Shown piece after piece: positions 1 to 12,142 of a DNA stretch of 64,000 bases. Position 1 is the stretch's first letter. Each line of letters starts with the position of its first letter. The position numbers and the translations under genes are program-made. The notes beneath the pieces are model-generated. The model was not told the origin of the DNA. It worked only from the letters and a program-made list of their open reading frames with translations, and searched no databases. The stretch lies in contig CM119372.1 of NCBI GenBank assembly GCA_051294905.1, forward strand, positions 18,478,001 to 18,542,000, written 5' to 3'. The DNA is from Botryllus schlosseri. Taxonomy: Eukaryota.

Positions 1-283
1 TCTCAATGAACCAATTTTCCGCTTGTCTGTGGGCACCTATAGTCACCTACTCACCCACACCGCGTGTCGTACAGTCAATGAAACTCGTACGGTAGATAAT
101 TAATTTGCAAGTAGATATGTGATATGTGCAGCGTATATTTTGATCCCGTAACCGTAAATATTATTTGTCATAATATATTATTTAGTACGAAGGGGTTTCG
201 CATATCGAATATGAAGCGTTGCAATCGACGATGCATGCCAATGAAAACAGCTGTAGTGTCATCGACACATCGTCTGAAATATC

Positions 284-1577
284 CAGAGGTGGTCAAAGTA
301 GTCAGGAAGGCTACTCAAGTAGAAGTATAAGTAGCGACGCAAAAATCTACTCAAGTACCAGTAGAAGTAGTCTTTTTAAAAGCAACCTAAAACTACTTGA
401 AGTAGAAGTAGAATTTCCTGTAAGTAAGTAGTTTTGAAAACGATCATAATACGTGTTCGCGTGGACTGTCAAAAGCTGCAAATTGAGCTATACGGAAGGT
501 GCAGAGAGCTTGATTCATGTTGATGCATCACATGAGGTATCAACTATCAATTGTCCAGAGCATAAGCATTCGTCCGCATCATCGGATGCAAATGATAGTA
601 TCGCTATGGAAATGGCTATGGACACCAATCTTCGTTTACCCGAACACCCCGTTTTAGAAAACGTCACGGTGCGGCGCCCTCATCCACATTATAAGGCCCT
701 TATTTAATTCGAATAGCAATACCAAGAAGCTGAATCGGATACGGTGTTAACTCTTTGCGAGATTAGTATACGTTAATAAAAAATATGGTGGATCGTAAAA
801 AGGCCATACCACAGTGTAATTTTATTTTCGGAAAATAGAAGCATTACTACACTTACTTTTAAACTTCAACATGTAAGTTCTCCAGATCCAGACAAAGGAA
901 TGGAAACTAATTAGAACTCAAACCAATGATACTGCGAATTAAAAGAGAAATATAAACACTATACTTCTGAAAAGCCGGCAATGTGTTACACGTCTCTTGT
1001 CCAGATGGCTTCAACAGTGGTCTGCTAAAACAGGTCTCACGCTAAAAAAATCAGGGACGGCTTTTCCAGATTAGGGCACGCCATGCTGGGCTGCTAGATA
1101 GCAATATGATAGGTAAATAATATATTGTGAAACTACTAGTTTCAAAAGTTATTATGGGCCATATTTATTGTGATGAACTATTTCATATGGGCGACAATCC
1201 GGTGCGAGTAAACGGAGCCACGCTACCGCTACCAAAATTATAGCTCATTCACCAATACTTTCGTGAAAACATACTTGTCACTCCATATCTAATTTGCGTG
1301 AAGCGCGATGAAAAGTCTGGGCTTTCCTTAACTTTTATGAAAATTATATGTTGGTACTCCATGAAAACAGCCCCGAAATTCCTCAGTCTCTCCTTGGAAT
1401 TGGAGGATTATACTTCTACTTGACAAACTGACGATAGCGAAAAGTAAGTAAGTAGATCACAAAATATTACGAAGTAGAAGTAGCGAAATGATATTTACTT
1501 GAGTAAGTACCACAAGTAGTGAACAACTACTTGAGTACTTCGAAAAAGTAGAAGTACTTCGTTACTGACCACCTCAG
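284..1577. mobile_element. hAT-like MITE, CAGAGGTGGTCA family with AGTAGAAGT subterminal repeats
   Basis: TIR CAGAGGTGGTCA / TGACCACCTCAG; TSD GAAATATC / GTAATATC. Confidence 0.8.
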
Positions 1578-2162
1578 GTAATATCCTCAGTATATTGCGG
1601 GTTTGTATAGTGGATGTGACAAGGAAGCTATCACGCATCATAGCGAAATTTACACAGTCTTGTAAATGTTAAATATTTATCGCCGTGGAGAATAATCATC
1701 GCATCCCTAACAAAGGTTGCTTAATGCAGTATTACTCTATTGATTTATATTAAGGTATAGATTTCTAGCTGTCCACGAAGTGTAGTTACACGTATCATAC
1801 GATTTTCATATTAACAATTCTTAAGCATCGAATTTCCAGATTTCAGCTTAAGATAATTTCGAAACGATGAACATTTAGATACATTAAAGGCAGTTCTGGA
1901 TTTATCAAGCACACAGATTTAGATCAGATTAAAATTAGAGAGTTTTACGTAACTCATTGATGCCAGATAGTGTACAGTTCGTAATTTAAGCTTTGCGTAT
2001 CTACTTGTGTTTCCAGTTCAGGGTTGAATATTAAGAACCGGGATTTTCGTGTTTACGATCACTCATCGATATGAAATGTCCATTCCGCAAGGTTGAAGCC
2101 GATCGGGCTATGGTCAGCAATATGTCATACGTGAAGACCAGGCTATAAAAGGGGACCCTCGA

Positions 2163-2755
2163 CAGGGTTGTAATCACTCGAGTCATGACTCGACTCGAGT
2201 CAGACTCGAGTCGCGATTTTTGGGTGACTCGACTTGACTCGACTCATTTCCCAAAACTGAAAAATGACTCGAATCGAGTCAATTTGTGTATTGACTCGAC
2301 TTGTACTCGAATCATTTCGCATGACTCGCACCAAGTCATGTAACTCGAGACTAGGTCTACCAAGACAGGCATTTCATTGTAATTTTAGAAGAATAGTAAA
2401 GTTATTACACTACTATTTTTTCGTCTATCAGTGCTGGTATACTTGAAAATGCTACCAGAAACTGTTAAAATTTAGGAAAATTAATATATTATGAACGCGA
2501 AGCATTCGATATCAGCGAGTAGAGTTGTAAAAAGTGGGTTTCACATAGCATTAGCGTGAAACTGAACAGTGAACATAATGACTTGGACTCGGGTCAAAAC
2601 ACTATGACTCGGACTCGACACTCTTCTCCGTGACTTGGACTCGGACTTGACTCGGTGGTGAATTGAAAATGACTTGACTTGACTTGACTCGAGTCAAAAC
2701 TATATAAGTGAGATTGACTTGCGACTCGGAGCCTTGTGACTTGGTTACAACCCTG
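2163..2755. mobile_element. hAT-like MITE, CAGGGTTGTAA family with GACTC/GACTT repeats
   Basis: TIR CAGGGTTGTAA / TTACAACCCTG; TSD ACCCTCGA / GCCCTCTA; homologous copies at 18159 and 36234. Confidence 0.9.
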
Positions 2756-3304
2756 GCCCTCTATCAGCGAAACTTTTGAAAGCAATCTGTAGATTCGAAG
2801 GGCGTGTTAAGTTCTCAGTCTTCGTAGAACCGTAAACAGTTATGACGTCCTAACTCAATGTACGATGTCCTCATACGAATCGCAACACAATCCTGAACTT
2901 GTATTTTTTACTCTAATATATATAAAGTGTTATAACAATATTCAATATTCGTCAGATTATATTTTCAACCGCACAATTTAAGACACACGCAATGCGACGT
3001 AATGAAAAGATAAAAGGATGCCGAACGACCAGTTGCGGTTGCAGTAGCGATCTCTTAAACTGGCATCCACCCCGGCCAAGTGCCCGATTTCACAGTTCCT
3101 TTTTCGATGCTTGTCTCTATTCCGCGGCTCTATCTTGCTCTTTCCATTCCTTGTGAGTGCGTTCCTTCATCGGGTCTTTTTTGGGCTTTTTTTGCCGAGA
3201 GAGCATTACATTTACATGACATCGATTTTGTTATATATATGCCTACTGTATTTATATAATGAATCAGAGTAAAGAGCAGAGAGAGAGCATTGCATGACAA
3301 CGAT

Positions 3305-3672
3305 GGGGGAGCTAGTGGCGCAGTTCGTTGAACGCATGCGCTACAACACCAATGTAAGCGAGTTCGAATCCAGGTTTGGGTAAGTATCTATGTGTCGGAG
3401 GTGTATCCGGGCTCCTGATCGCCGACCTCACTGCGTATCTGTCCTACGAAAAGCCCAGACGGATCAAGTAAAGTCGAGCTTTGAATGTCAGCAACAAAAA
3501 AAGCCTGACGAGGAGGCAAGGAAGCGAGAGAGAAAGATGGTGAATGGATGCATTACTGGAAGTCACCCGCAAAGCGTACCGAAAAGCAAAAAGACAGCAA
3601 CGAATATTACAACACTCAAAATCATGGCGCAAATGACATGAATAGGCGATAGGTTCAATAAAACGAACAAAC
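3305..3672 (+). mobile_element. tRNA-derived SINE
   Basis: A box TGGCGCAGTTCG, B box GTTCGAATCC; core CTATGTGTCGGAGGT..GGCTCCT shared with the copies at 31334 and 52459; AATAAA and A-rich tail. Confidence 0.75.
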
Positions 3673-3683
3673 ATAATTCCAAC

Positions 3684-4564
3684 CAGTGGTTCTTATAACC
3701 GTGGGGGGTGGTATTGGTTACGAACCTGCCGTGTTCCACAACTTAAGCCCGGATTTCAAGGCCCAAGTACACACAACTTTTCAGAACCAGCATCATGCAT
3801 CCAGAATTCACGTCATAATTTTAACAAAAGACAAAAGACGGCCAGCCTATAACTTCCAAGGTCTGGTGTGCATTAAGAACCTGCCTGAGCGACAAACTTA
3901 TCAAATATTCACCCGAGTTCTCTGAGCCACTCTCAGGGTTTCTATTGGGGTCAAAACAAACACTCAATTGATACATATGATTTGTGATGATTGCGGCTTT
4001 CTTGGCCATCATTGATGGCAGGTAATTAGGCCCGATCCGCAGTCGAATCGTGACCGTTGTGGCGCTAATTCGTATGCAGTGACGTTCCCAGGGGAGATTG
4101 GAATTTGAAATCGAAACCCCGTTCTTCGAAAATGCGAATTCTATGATAGAATCTCTATCTCAAATATTTGTAGGTCATTTGCGAACAATCGGTATCAGGC
4201 TGTTGCGTATGGGTCGGACAATACGATGGTACTTTCCAAGGTGAAGCCTCGCACTGGTATCTGAAAGGGAACAACAGAATCACAATGATTGCCGAATGCC
4301 CATAAATAATAATCATTATAACGTTTTCGTTTTGTGTGACAATTATATTTTAATGGTTTTGTTACTTTAACAGTCTGTTGATGCACATTGCACAGTTTAT
4401 TTATTTTTTGCCAGTAGGCCTCGATAGTAATGTATTAGATCTGTAGTTAGATAGGTATTCTTGTAGACTTTTGTTTTTATGACTCAAGCGAAAATTTAGA
4501 GCTCCGCGAAGGCTTGCAAATGAGCGTAAGTGTTTCCCAAGTTAGTAAAGGTTCAGAACCACTG
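3684..4564. mobile_element. Degenerate hAT (Charlie/Buster-type) MITE
   Basis: CAGTGGTTCTTA...GGTTCAGAACCACTG ends; TSD not conserved. Confidence 0.55.
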
Positions 4565-6619
4565 GTTTAGAAGTCGAATTAATCCAATAGAAGCTGTCTA
4601 ATATCATATATATACATTAATTCTGAATGGTATAATGATATCGGGATAATATTTGTGACTCATATCAATAAGAGTAAAAAATGCTTCCATAATTGTAAGT
4701 ATGGGCTGCTTCTTCATGAATAACGATAAAAGGACAACGGTTTTCGTACACCTCATCATCAGTAATACGTTATAACTACGAAGATGCTATCACACACATT
4801 ACCAAAAATTTACGGTCGTCGATAGCAAATAAACTACTTCGCACTATCGCCAACTGATCCTTAAACATAACGAAGCCAGACACGAGGCGGTGATAATATA
4901 TTCCCAGTAAATGTCATGTAACGTATGATTGCATACCTTTGTTACCATTCTAAATTTAACTCAAATATCATTCTCAATTATTCTTATTTAAGTTCGGGTA
5001 TGAAATGTTAATAAAGACTGCGAAAGTTTGACGTGAAACCAAATTCTAGCTCCTCGGGACGGGAACTCAACAATTTATCACTATATATAGTTAGTAACTA
5101 CAAATTCGATCAACTACATAATTATATATCGCGTCGCATCCCACGTGAGAGATTTCACTCTTTGATGATATGAGGCACTTGAAGTATGCACCTGCAATCC
5201 TGCATATTGCCGTTGGTGGCTTGGAGACACCGGCTTCCATAATTGTAAGTATGGGCTGTTTCTTCATGTACGGGTTCGTGTTGCTACAAACTCAATCGAT
5301 TCAAACTTGGTATTATAGTAAATATCAACTTTTGTTCTTCCGATTATACGTAAACAAATAATTGTTGTCTCGTTTATGTCTTCGTGGAATGATGGAATGC
5401 AGGAAACATCTTGACAACTGAGGTTACATACTTGAATATTTTGATGATTACAGTGGTCATACACTGTCGTTGTCTCGCATTAAAATCTACATATATATTA
5501 TTGGAATCAACTCTTGAAACGACGAAATCAGTAAGTTAAGTTCCCAACGTGATTCTTTCAAATCGATTAAAAATTGATATTGACTTGGCCAATGTTTAGA
5601 AAGTTAGATTAGATAGCGATCCACGAAATCCAATATTGTTTGTTGAATAAGGTTAGTTTCCGCGAAAGCAAGTGTACGAACATTGTGGATATCTGCACTG
5701 ACGCGGCATAATTTACATCTACATTTTTTCGCGCACATATCGACATTTACGAATCAATTGTTATGAAAAGTTCGTGTCACGGCCGATGTAACAAGAGACA
5801 AAGACGATACGAATATAGCTTGATATGATCAGCGTTTAGCAGAATTGAAGCGCATTTTACAATACCACACCTCGCCTGAATTAGTGATGGTTTCATGAAT
5901 TTGCCTTATGCGAACTCTTATCATTATAGGTTTGAAATTACAGATAATCCAGAACATTAGACTAAATTGACCATTTGACTATCGAGAACTTGTTCCCTGC
6001 AATGGCACAGGTCCGTTGCACATGCTGCTAAAGTGTATAATTCTTACATCGCCTACTATAGTATATCGTACTGAGCTGAGCTGAGCTGAGATGTTCTGTT
6101 CACTGCATCACCAGGTCATGATGCTCATAGTTTGGTCAAATGTTAATATGTAATTTGCCCAGCCTATATGCCTCATCAGATTGGAGAATGGAAGGGACAC
6201 GGAGCAAGCGGCGAATTCCCGCTTATGAAACGGATATCTAGTACAAACCGATGCTTACGCCGGATAGAGGTTTATAAAGCGGTAATTTTAGAAATGGATA
6301 GGACTGGGAGAATTGCTGCGTGCGGCGTCGACTCGACAAAAGAACAGTGAAATCATTAAACCTCAAGATCCGCACCACACATATGCTGTCACTCGAGTTT
6401 ACAGGCATTACGCAATGACTGCATTGCATGCCGCCAGTAATTGCAGTGTAGCAGTACAATACCAAAATGAAATGAAGAAGTGAGTAAGAATGATATCATT
6501 ATACCAGTATTTTCAAAACAATTTATTTTATGAAAGCGGGGCCCGCGTAATGCCTACAATACGTCTATTGTATATTATATTATACGAAATTTATGCAATA
6601 CTTTGTGTACCACTCAATA

Positions 6620-7260
6620 GTATTGAAATCTAAACCCGAATATTTTCGAATGACACTCGTCAGGGGTAATCGTCAGCAACTAGTAGAGAAAACAAAGAAA
6701 AAATTATTTACCAATGTTAATGTTACGATACAGTGAAGACCAATGTGATTTTACGACGACCCAACTTCTCCCCAAAGCACGCAAGGGCGTTCTTCCCGCA
6801 TTTCAACGAAGTATTGTAATCTGTCAATATAAGTGTGAGTGCCACTGAGATCGTGGCGACGTGGGAAAAACGAGACAACGTTTGCAGAACGATTGCATAA
6901 AACTGCACGTCTTTCAAATTATTAGAACACGAGAGACTTCTCTGAAGACTTCTCGAGAAGACAGATTCCGCGTGGTAGAGAGAGGCCGTTGCTTTTTTCC
7001 TTGGTGTGCCTCGGAGTCGACTTTCATCAAATTCTACCGACCTGGTTTGTGCCATCACAAGAGTTCGTGTGTATTATATAAATCGCACATTGCGATTAAG
7101 CCGTCTGTTCGTCCCGAATATTCGAATCTTCATGCTTGTGACGTCATGTCCGGTGATATGACTGTTGGCATACAGAGTTCCTTTGAATTCTCTATCATAG
7201 TTGTTACGATTACCCCTGACGGGTGTCACTCGAAAATGATTGGATTTAATTCAAAATGAA
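6620..7260 (+). mobile_element. 5'-truncated Penelope-like retroelement: decayed GIY-YIG endonuclease, pLTR and inverted partial pLTR
   Basis: 6733-7080 translates, with a frameshift and a stop, to VKTNVIFTTTQLLPKARKGVLPAFQRSIVICQYKCECH*DRGDVGKTRQRLQNDCIKLHV...DRFRVVERGRCFF..SESTFIKFYRPGLCHHK, which fits the PLE GIY-YIG pattern. 6641-6690 and 7189-7237 are inverted repeats. Confidence 0.8.
6631..6670 (-). ncRNA. Minimal type I hammerhead ribozyme motif in the Penelope pLTR
   Basis: The minus strand reads ACCC-CUGACGA-G(UGUCAUU)C-GAAA-AUAU-UC-GGGU. This gives an intact core, stem I ACCC/GGGU, a 1-bp stem II and a palindromic stem III AAUAUU. A degenerate + strand copy lies at 7212-7247. Confidence 0.65.
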
Positions 7261-8135
7261 GAAATTGTGCAATTATATTATGCATATATGTACCTCCAAG
7301 AGCATCTTCAATACCTCGTCTTTGCGTCCCGCATTATTTTCCGTCAGGGTAATACTTAATTTTTGTTCACCTGCCATTGTAATTATGTGATGATATCTCT
7401 GTTCGAATACGCCTTTCCCATTCTAAATGAATGGTTGGACCTTCTCAAAAGTTCATTTGGAACCCACATGCACTACCAATGGTCTCGAATAGGCGACGAT
7501 GAATGTGATGTTGCTAATTTCGCTTGTACACCTTGATCAGCGAATCGTAGCCCAGAAGTTGATTACTATACACGAAAAATCGGAAATTCTTATCACGAGC
7601 TCGCGCGGGCATGCAGCTGTGTTATTGATTGAACAAATCGCATAATGTGGACCAGGTCGAACGTTGAACCCCCTATACCATACCCTTATACCTAAAAGGA
7701 CGGAATAGCTTACAATGCGGAAAAATTTGATGACGGAGGAAACCAGTGTCAAGTTTACACGAAGCAATATCATATTTCATATGGAAGGTGTATAAGCATA
7801 CTAAATGAAAGTGTATGAGCAGTGTCAGAGTTCATAACAAATGCGCTTTATCTGAATGTAATTTAATCGCGTACTTCATTTTCTGGAAATATAGTGGATT
7901 CCCGTATTTCCTTGGGTATACTGTTACATTTTCGTCTAGCGCGGCATTTCTCTTTAAACGGGAAAATGTGTGCGTTCAATGGTATATGTTTTATAACTGC
8001 AAGTTAGAAGTCGGTGATCAGCGATAATATCCGGGTCAGTGGTTTTTAACCTTTTTAGCGTGGAGAACCGTTAAAATATAAAAGCAAACCTGGGACTTGA
8101 TGGTTAAGCTTAAATCGATAATAACCCTTCATTTC

Positions 8136-8318
8136 TAGAGAGAGAGAGAGAGAGAGAGAAAGAGTCTTTATTTTCATCCAACCAAAATACATAAGATAAA
8201 ACTGATGGCAATGATGGTGATACAGAAAATATGCATGCACAGCACAGTATTCGGTATCAGATAGGAATGATTGATACGACCGTGAAGGTCAACTAGCCTG
8301 ATCACACCCGCATCAAAC
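8136..8318 (-). mobile_element. Retroelement (LINE/SINE) 3' end with AATAAA and (TC)n tail
   Basis: Reverse-complement match to 22671-22847; both copies end GGTTGGATGAAAATAAA.ACTCTTT(CT)n. Confidence 0.7.
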
Positions 8319-8338
8319 AGGTACACTTGACTCTATAA

Positions 8339-9177
8339 CAGTGGTTCCCAACCTTTTTTCCTAATTCCTCACTTCCGAATTATTCCGAGCCTTCATTCCC
8401 CACCTGAAATCTCTATATACACCCTTTCAAAATACTACCTCCAATAAAATATGACAAGACTTGGCTTAGTAAATACGTGTTATTTTTGATTGCTAAGATT
8501 CTTAAATTACCACAGCAATGAACTATGGTATTCTGGTAACCATAAACGAGCCCCCGTAAATATGCATCTAGTATCTACCCGGGCGGGCAGCCAACAGGAG
8601 GCTTTTGAAAATATTCTAAATTTTGCGAGGTAGCATCAATTTCATGCGTAAATGACAAATATTACATGGGTCGGATAAACTTCCTGATGTTGACGAGCTG
8701 ATGCATGTGATAGATTAAAGCCGCAATAAACTACACTTTCGCATGCTACTAAAAGAACTTGAAATCAAATAAATATGTAGTTTCATTAGTAACGAGTCCG
8801 GATGTGCTATCAATTAACGCGTCCGCAATCTCTCTTGAATACATATCCAGAAATATGAGCTCCTATTACAACGAATCAGGATATTTCAATCGCTCCATTT
8901 CGTGTACAAATGAATGAAAACATATGCTAGAGATCGCGTGCCGTTTTCCAGGCGATTCTCGCTAATTGGAGGCACTGATAATACGAATTGCTGAATTGCA
9001 AATGAGCTAAAAAAACTATTAGAGATACGATCGGCATTTCAAAGGGACATTTATTAAAGGAGATTATTACTGTAAAGATCTGTTCAAAGGTTAGTCTATT
9101 CCAGGGATATCTAGAACTAGATATCCCTGGTCTATTCCCCACAAGAAACCCCGATCCCCACCGGTTGGGAACCACTG
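8339..9177. mobile_element. hAT (Charlie/Buster-type) MITE
   Basis: TIR CAGTGGTTCCCAACC / GGTTGGGAACCACTG; TSD CTCTATAA / CTCTATAC. Confidence 0.9.
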
Positions 9178-9488
9178 CTCTATACTGTGCCTATACATCT
9201 ACAAATGTATGCAACTCAAAAGCAATTACTGGAAACATCAATCCTGAAGGAGCCACTTGCAATCGCTGAAACCACAATTATCAATTATCAGTCAAGGCAA
9301 GCAAGCGTTACGACGGGAGTTGCGTATCAATCCGTAGGTCCCACAAATTTCAACGACTACTTCACCCCGGAGACAAAAGCGCACAAGTACAGCACACGCG
9401 CGTCAACGAAGAACAACTACCATATGATTAGGACTGAATACAAGAATATGCATTGCTCTATCAAGTATGCCGGACCCCAATTGTGGAG

Positions 9489-10081
9489 CCATAGTGTTCT
9501 ATATGGTGTTGACACAGGCAAATCTCACGCCTCAGTGAAATTGTATCACGTCACAATTTCCATTTGGCTACAGGCAATTTGACGGTCATTTTTGACCGGC
9601 TTGCCGAGCATTAAATTTGGTAAAACGGGTATCAATCGAAAGCTGAGTCTGCACTGATTACGAAAATATTAATTTTATTCCGCTCGTGGCCCTGAAACTC
9701 CCACAATCAGCCTCGAATTTTTCATTGTTATGGAGATTGGCCTTGGGACGCATCAATGCTGTCTGGCTAAACGAGAGAGTAGCTCAAGAGAAAAAGAGCT
9801 AGACAGCATTGTTGCGTCCCAATGCCAATCTAATCTCTATAACAATGAAAAATTCGAGGCTGATTGTGGGAGTTCCAGGGCTACGAGCGGAATAAAATTA
9901 ACATTTTCGTAATCAGTGCAGAGTAAGCTTTCGATTGATACCCGTTTTACCTAATTTAATGCTCGGCAAGCCGGTCAAAAATGACCGTCAAATTGCCTGT
10001 ATCCAAATGCAAATTGTGACGAGATACAATTTCACTGAGACGCGAGATTTGCCTGCGTCGACACCATATAGGACACTATGG
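9489..10081. mobile_element. 593-bp foldback MITE with (C)CATAG termini, possibly P-superfamily
   Basis: The two arms of about 280 bp are near-perfect reverse complements; imperfect TSD TGGAG / TGGAA. Confidence 0.9.
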
Positions 10082-10312
10082 TGGAAGAGCGTCTCACCTG
10101 CAATCCGACAGTCGTCGAGCATGTCGGCATTCAAGTCGAAATACAAGCAATTTCTTCTAAATAAACACTAGCCAGTCTTCAGGATTATCGGACCACGACC
10201 TAACATCGACCTCGCCGTCCGCCACATGCCACTTCATTTTGTCGCTTGCGTCTTATATTCTCTGCATTATTTTTCATTCAGTGTGCATGCCTCTTATTTA
10301 CTTCGCCTACGC

Positions 10313-12142
10313 CAGTGGTTCTTAACCTTTTTTCCTCCAGCGCCCCCTTTCAAAAATTATCGTGCTCCAGCGCCCCCCAACCTCATATTGTAAGGAATGT
10401 AATAAAGACCATGAGTAAGAGGGAGGGCCGTAACAGCACTTCGTCAACCCCCTAAAAACGATTGCCTTGCGCACCCATAGAACCCCATAGCGTGATTTCG
10501 ATGGTCAGCAAAGTTTGTGTGGCCTGGTCGCCCTAGGTACCGAAATTTTCTATAATGCATGAATGGATAGGTGGTATTTACATATATAAGTCGCTATAAA
10601 CTTTTTATCCTCTCAGCCCACGTAATCAGATTTCCCAGTAGCGCTGAGTGAGCTGTTGTATAGGAAAATAAAGGGCACGTAATTAATAATTAAACATATT
10701 CGGGCGTGCCCGTAGGTACAATTAATTCGTTACCAGAGCCGTAACAGCACTTCGTCAGCCCCCCCCCCAAACAAAAAACGTTGGTCTTGGAACGCCATCG
10801 GGTGATAAACCAAACTTCCGGGGGGCTTCGCCCCCAGACCCCCATTCGGCTGTCCGCTATTTGCTGATACTAGTCATCTACATTGGGCGTCCATTCACTG
10901 AGGCAGCTAATCTCGCCTAGACGCGCGAAGCGCGAAAAATTTCACTAATTGATTGGTTGATTGAATTGGTTAATATGATCGGGAATTGCATGTATATTGA
11001 GATCAATTTTTATCCTCTCTCTGCTCACGTAAACAGATTTACCGGTAAAACTGAGTGATGTGTGATTGAAAAGGTAGGACCCCTCAATAATAATTATACA
11101 TCTTCGGGCGTATACCCGTTGGCAGGAACGAAACGGCACTTCGTCAGGCCCCCGAAAAAACTTGGGTCTTGGGCTCCCATGGGGTGATAAACCGACCGCC
11201 CCCCATAACGTTGTTCGCTTTTGTCACGGAATCAACTGCACTCAGTGCACTGTTTAGCGAGCCAGTGCGAAGCGCGAAAACTTTCGATAATTCATGCTAA
11301 AATCGGTCATTAAGATCGGGGATTGCATTTATACTGCTATCAATTTCTTGTCCGCTCTGCTCACGTTACCAGATTTACCGATAGAGCTGGGTGAGGTGCA
11401 ATGTTCCCTCTAGGCTGCGCACGTGCGCAGTACTGACACGGTCTCTGCGCACAGAAAATCTACGTTGCGCACAACAAATCCGAAGTTATGACCTTCTTTT
11501 AGTCGTTACGCACTGTTGTCCAAGGGTCAGCGCAGTGAGTTGTTGAGTGTGCGCAGACTCATCAAAACTTAAAGCGAACATTGTGATGTGTCTTGGAACC
11601 TGTAGGGTCCGTAACTAATAATTAAACATATTCGGACGGGAGAACCGGTTGGTATGACTTCGTTGCATGATGCTATTTCATGACCTCTTGTCTGCTATAT
11701 CTAAAAATATAGAATCGCCCAACAGGGATATCGCCCAACAGGAATATCCCTGTCGCCAAATCGTACTAAACTAAAAGACGCACACGATTTCAAATTGGTA
11801 TTTCTTCACTGGCATATAATTTTTCCCTGCCTGATGGAATTCGTCTTCTAGGGTTCAGATTGCCAAGACAGGAACATTCGGTGCCAGTCATTTAGGCGCC
11901 CATGGACAATTATACCTATATGTATTTTGAAGGCTATATATAACGAAGTTTTCGGTGTTAATTTGCTCCGAACACTCATTAAGGATATGTCCTACCACCA
12001 CATCATCTACTGCGAAGCCATTTTTCTCCAGCGCCCCCCATACCACCCCTGAGCCCCCCATATCGCCCCCCGGGCGTTTCCGCCCCCTTCAAAATCGCCA
12101 GCGCCCCTTGGGCGGCGCTGGGGGCAAGGTTAAGAACCACTG
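10313..12142. mobile_element. hAT MITE with GCGCCCCC subterminal repeats and internal tandem units
   Basis: TIR CAGTGGTTCTTAACC / GGTTAAGAACCACTG; TSD GCCTACGC / GCCTAGGC. Confidence 0.9.
11399..11583. mobile_element. Small MITE, CAATGTTCCCTCTA family with TGCGCA repeats
   Basis: CAATGTTC...GAACATTG ends; TSD approximately GTGAGGTG / GTGATGTG; copies at 21182 and 41054. Confidence 0.8.

Noticed and set aside
2085..2145. 5S rRNA-like box (AAGGTTGAAGCCGATCGGGCTATGGTCAG)
   Set aside because: Similarity is too short and degenerate to call; at best an old SINE fragment
2163..2755. Dense GACTC/GAGTC repeats as a CRISPR-like array
   Set aside because: No constant repeat with unique spacers; these are 5-mer subterminal repeats inside a TIR/TSD-bounded eukaryotic MITE
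6723..7058. 111-aa minus-strand ORF
   Set aside because: Antisense shadow of the Penelope GIY-YIG relic
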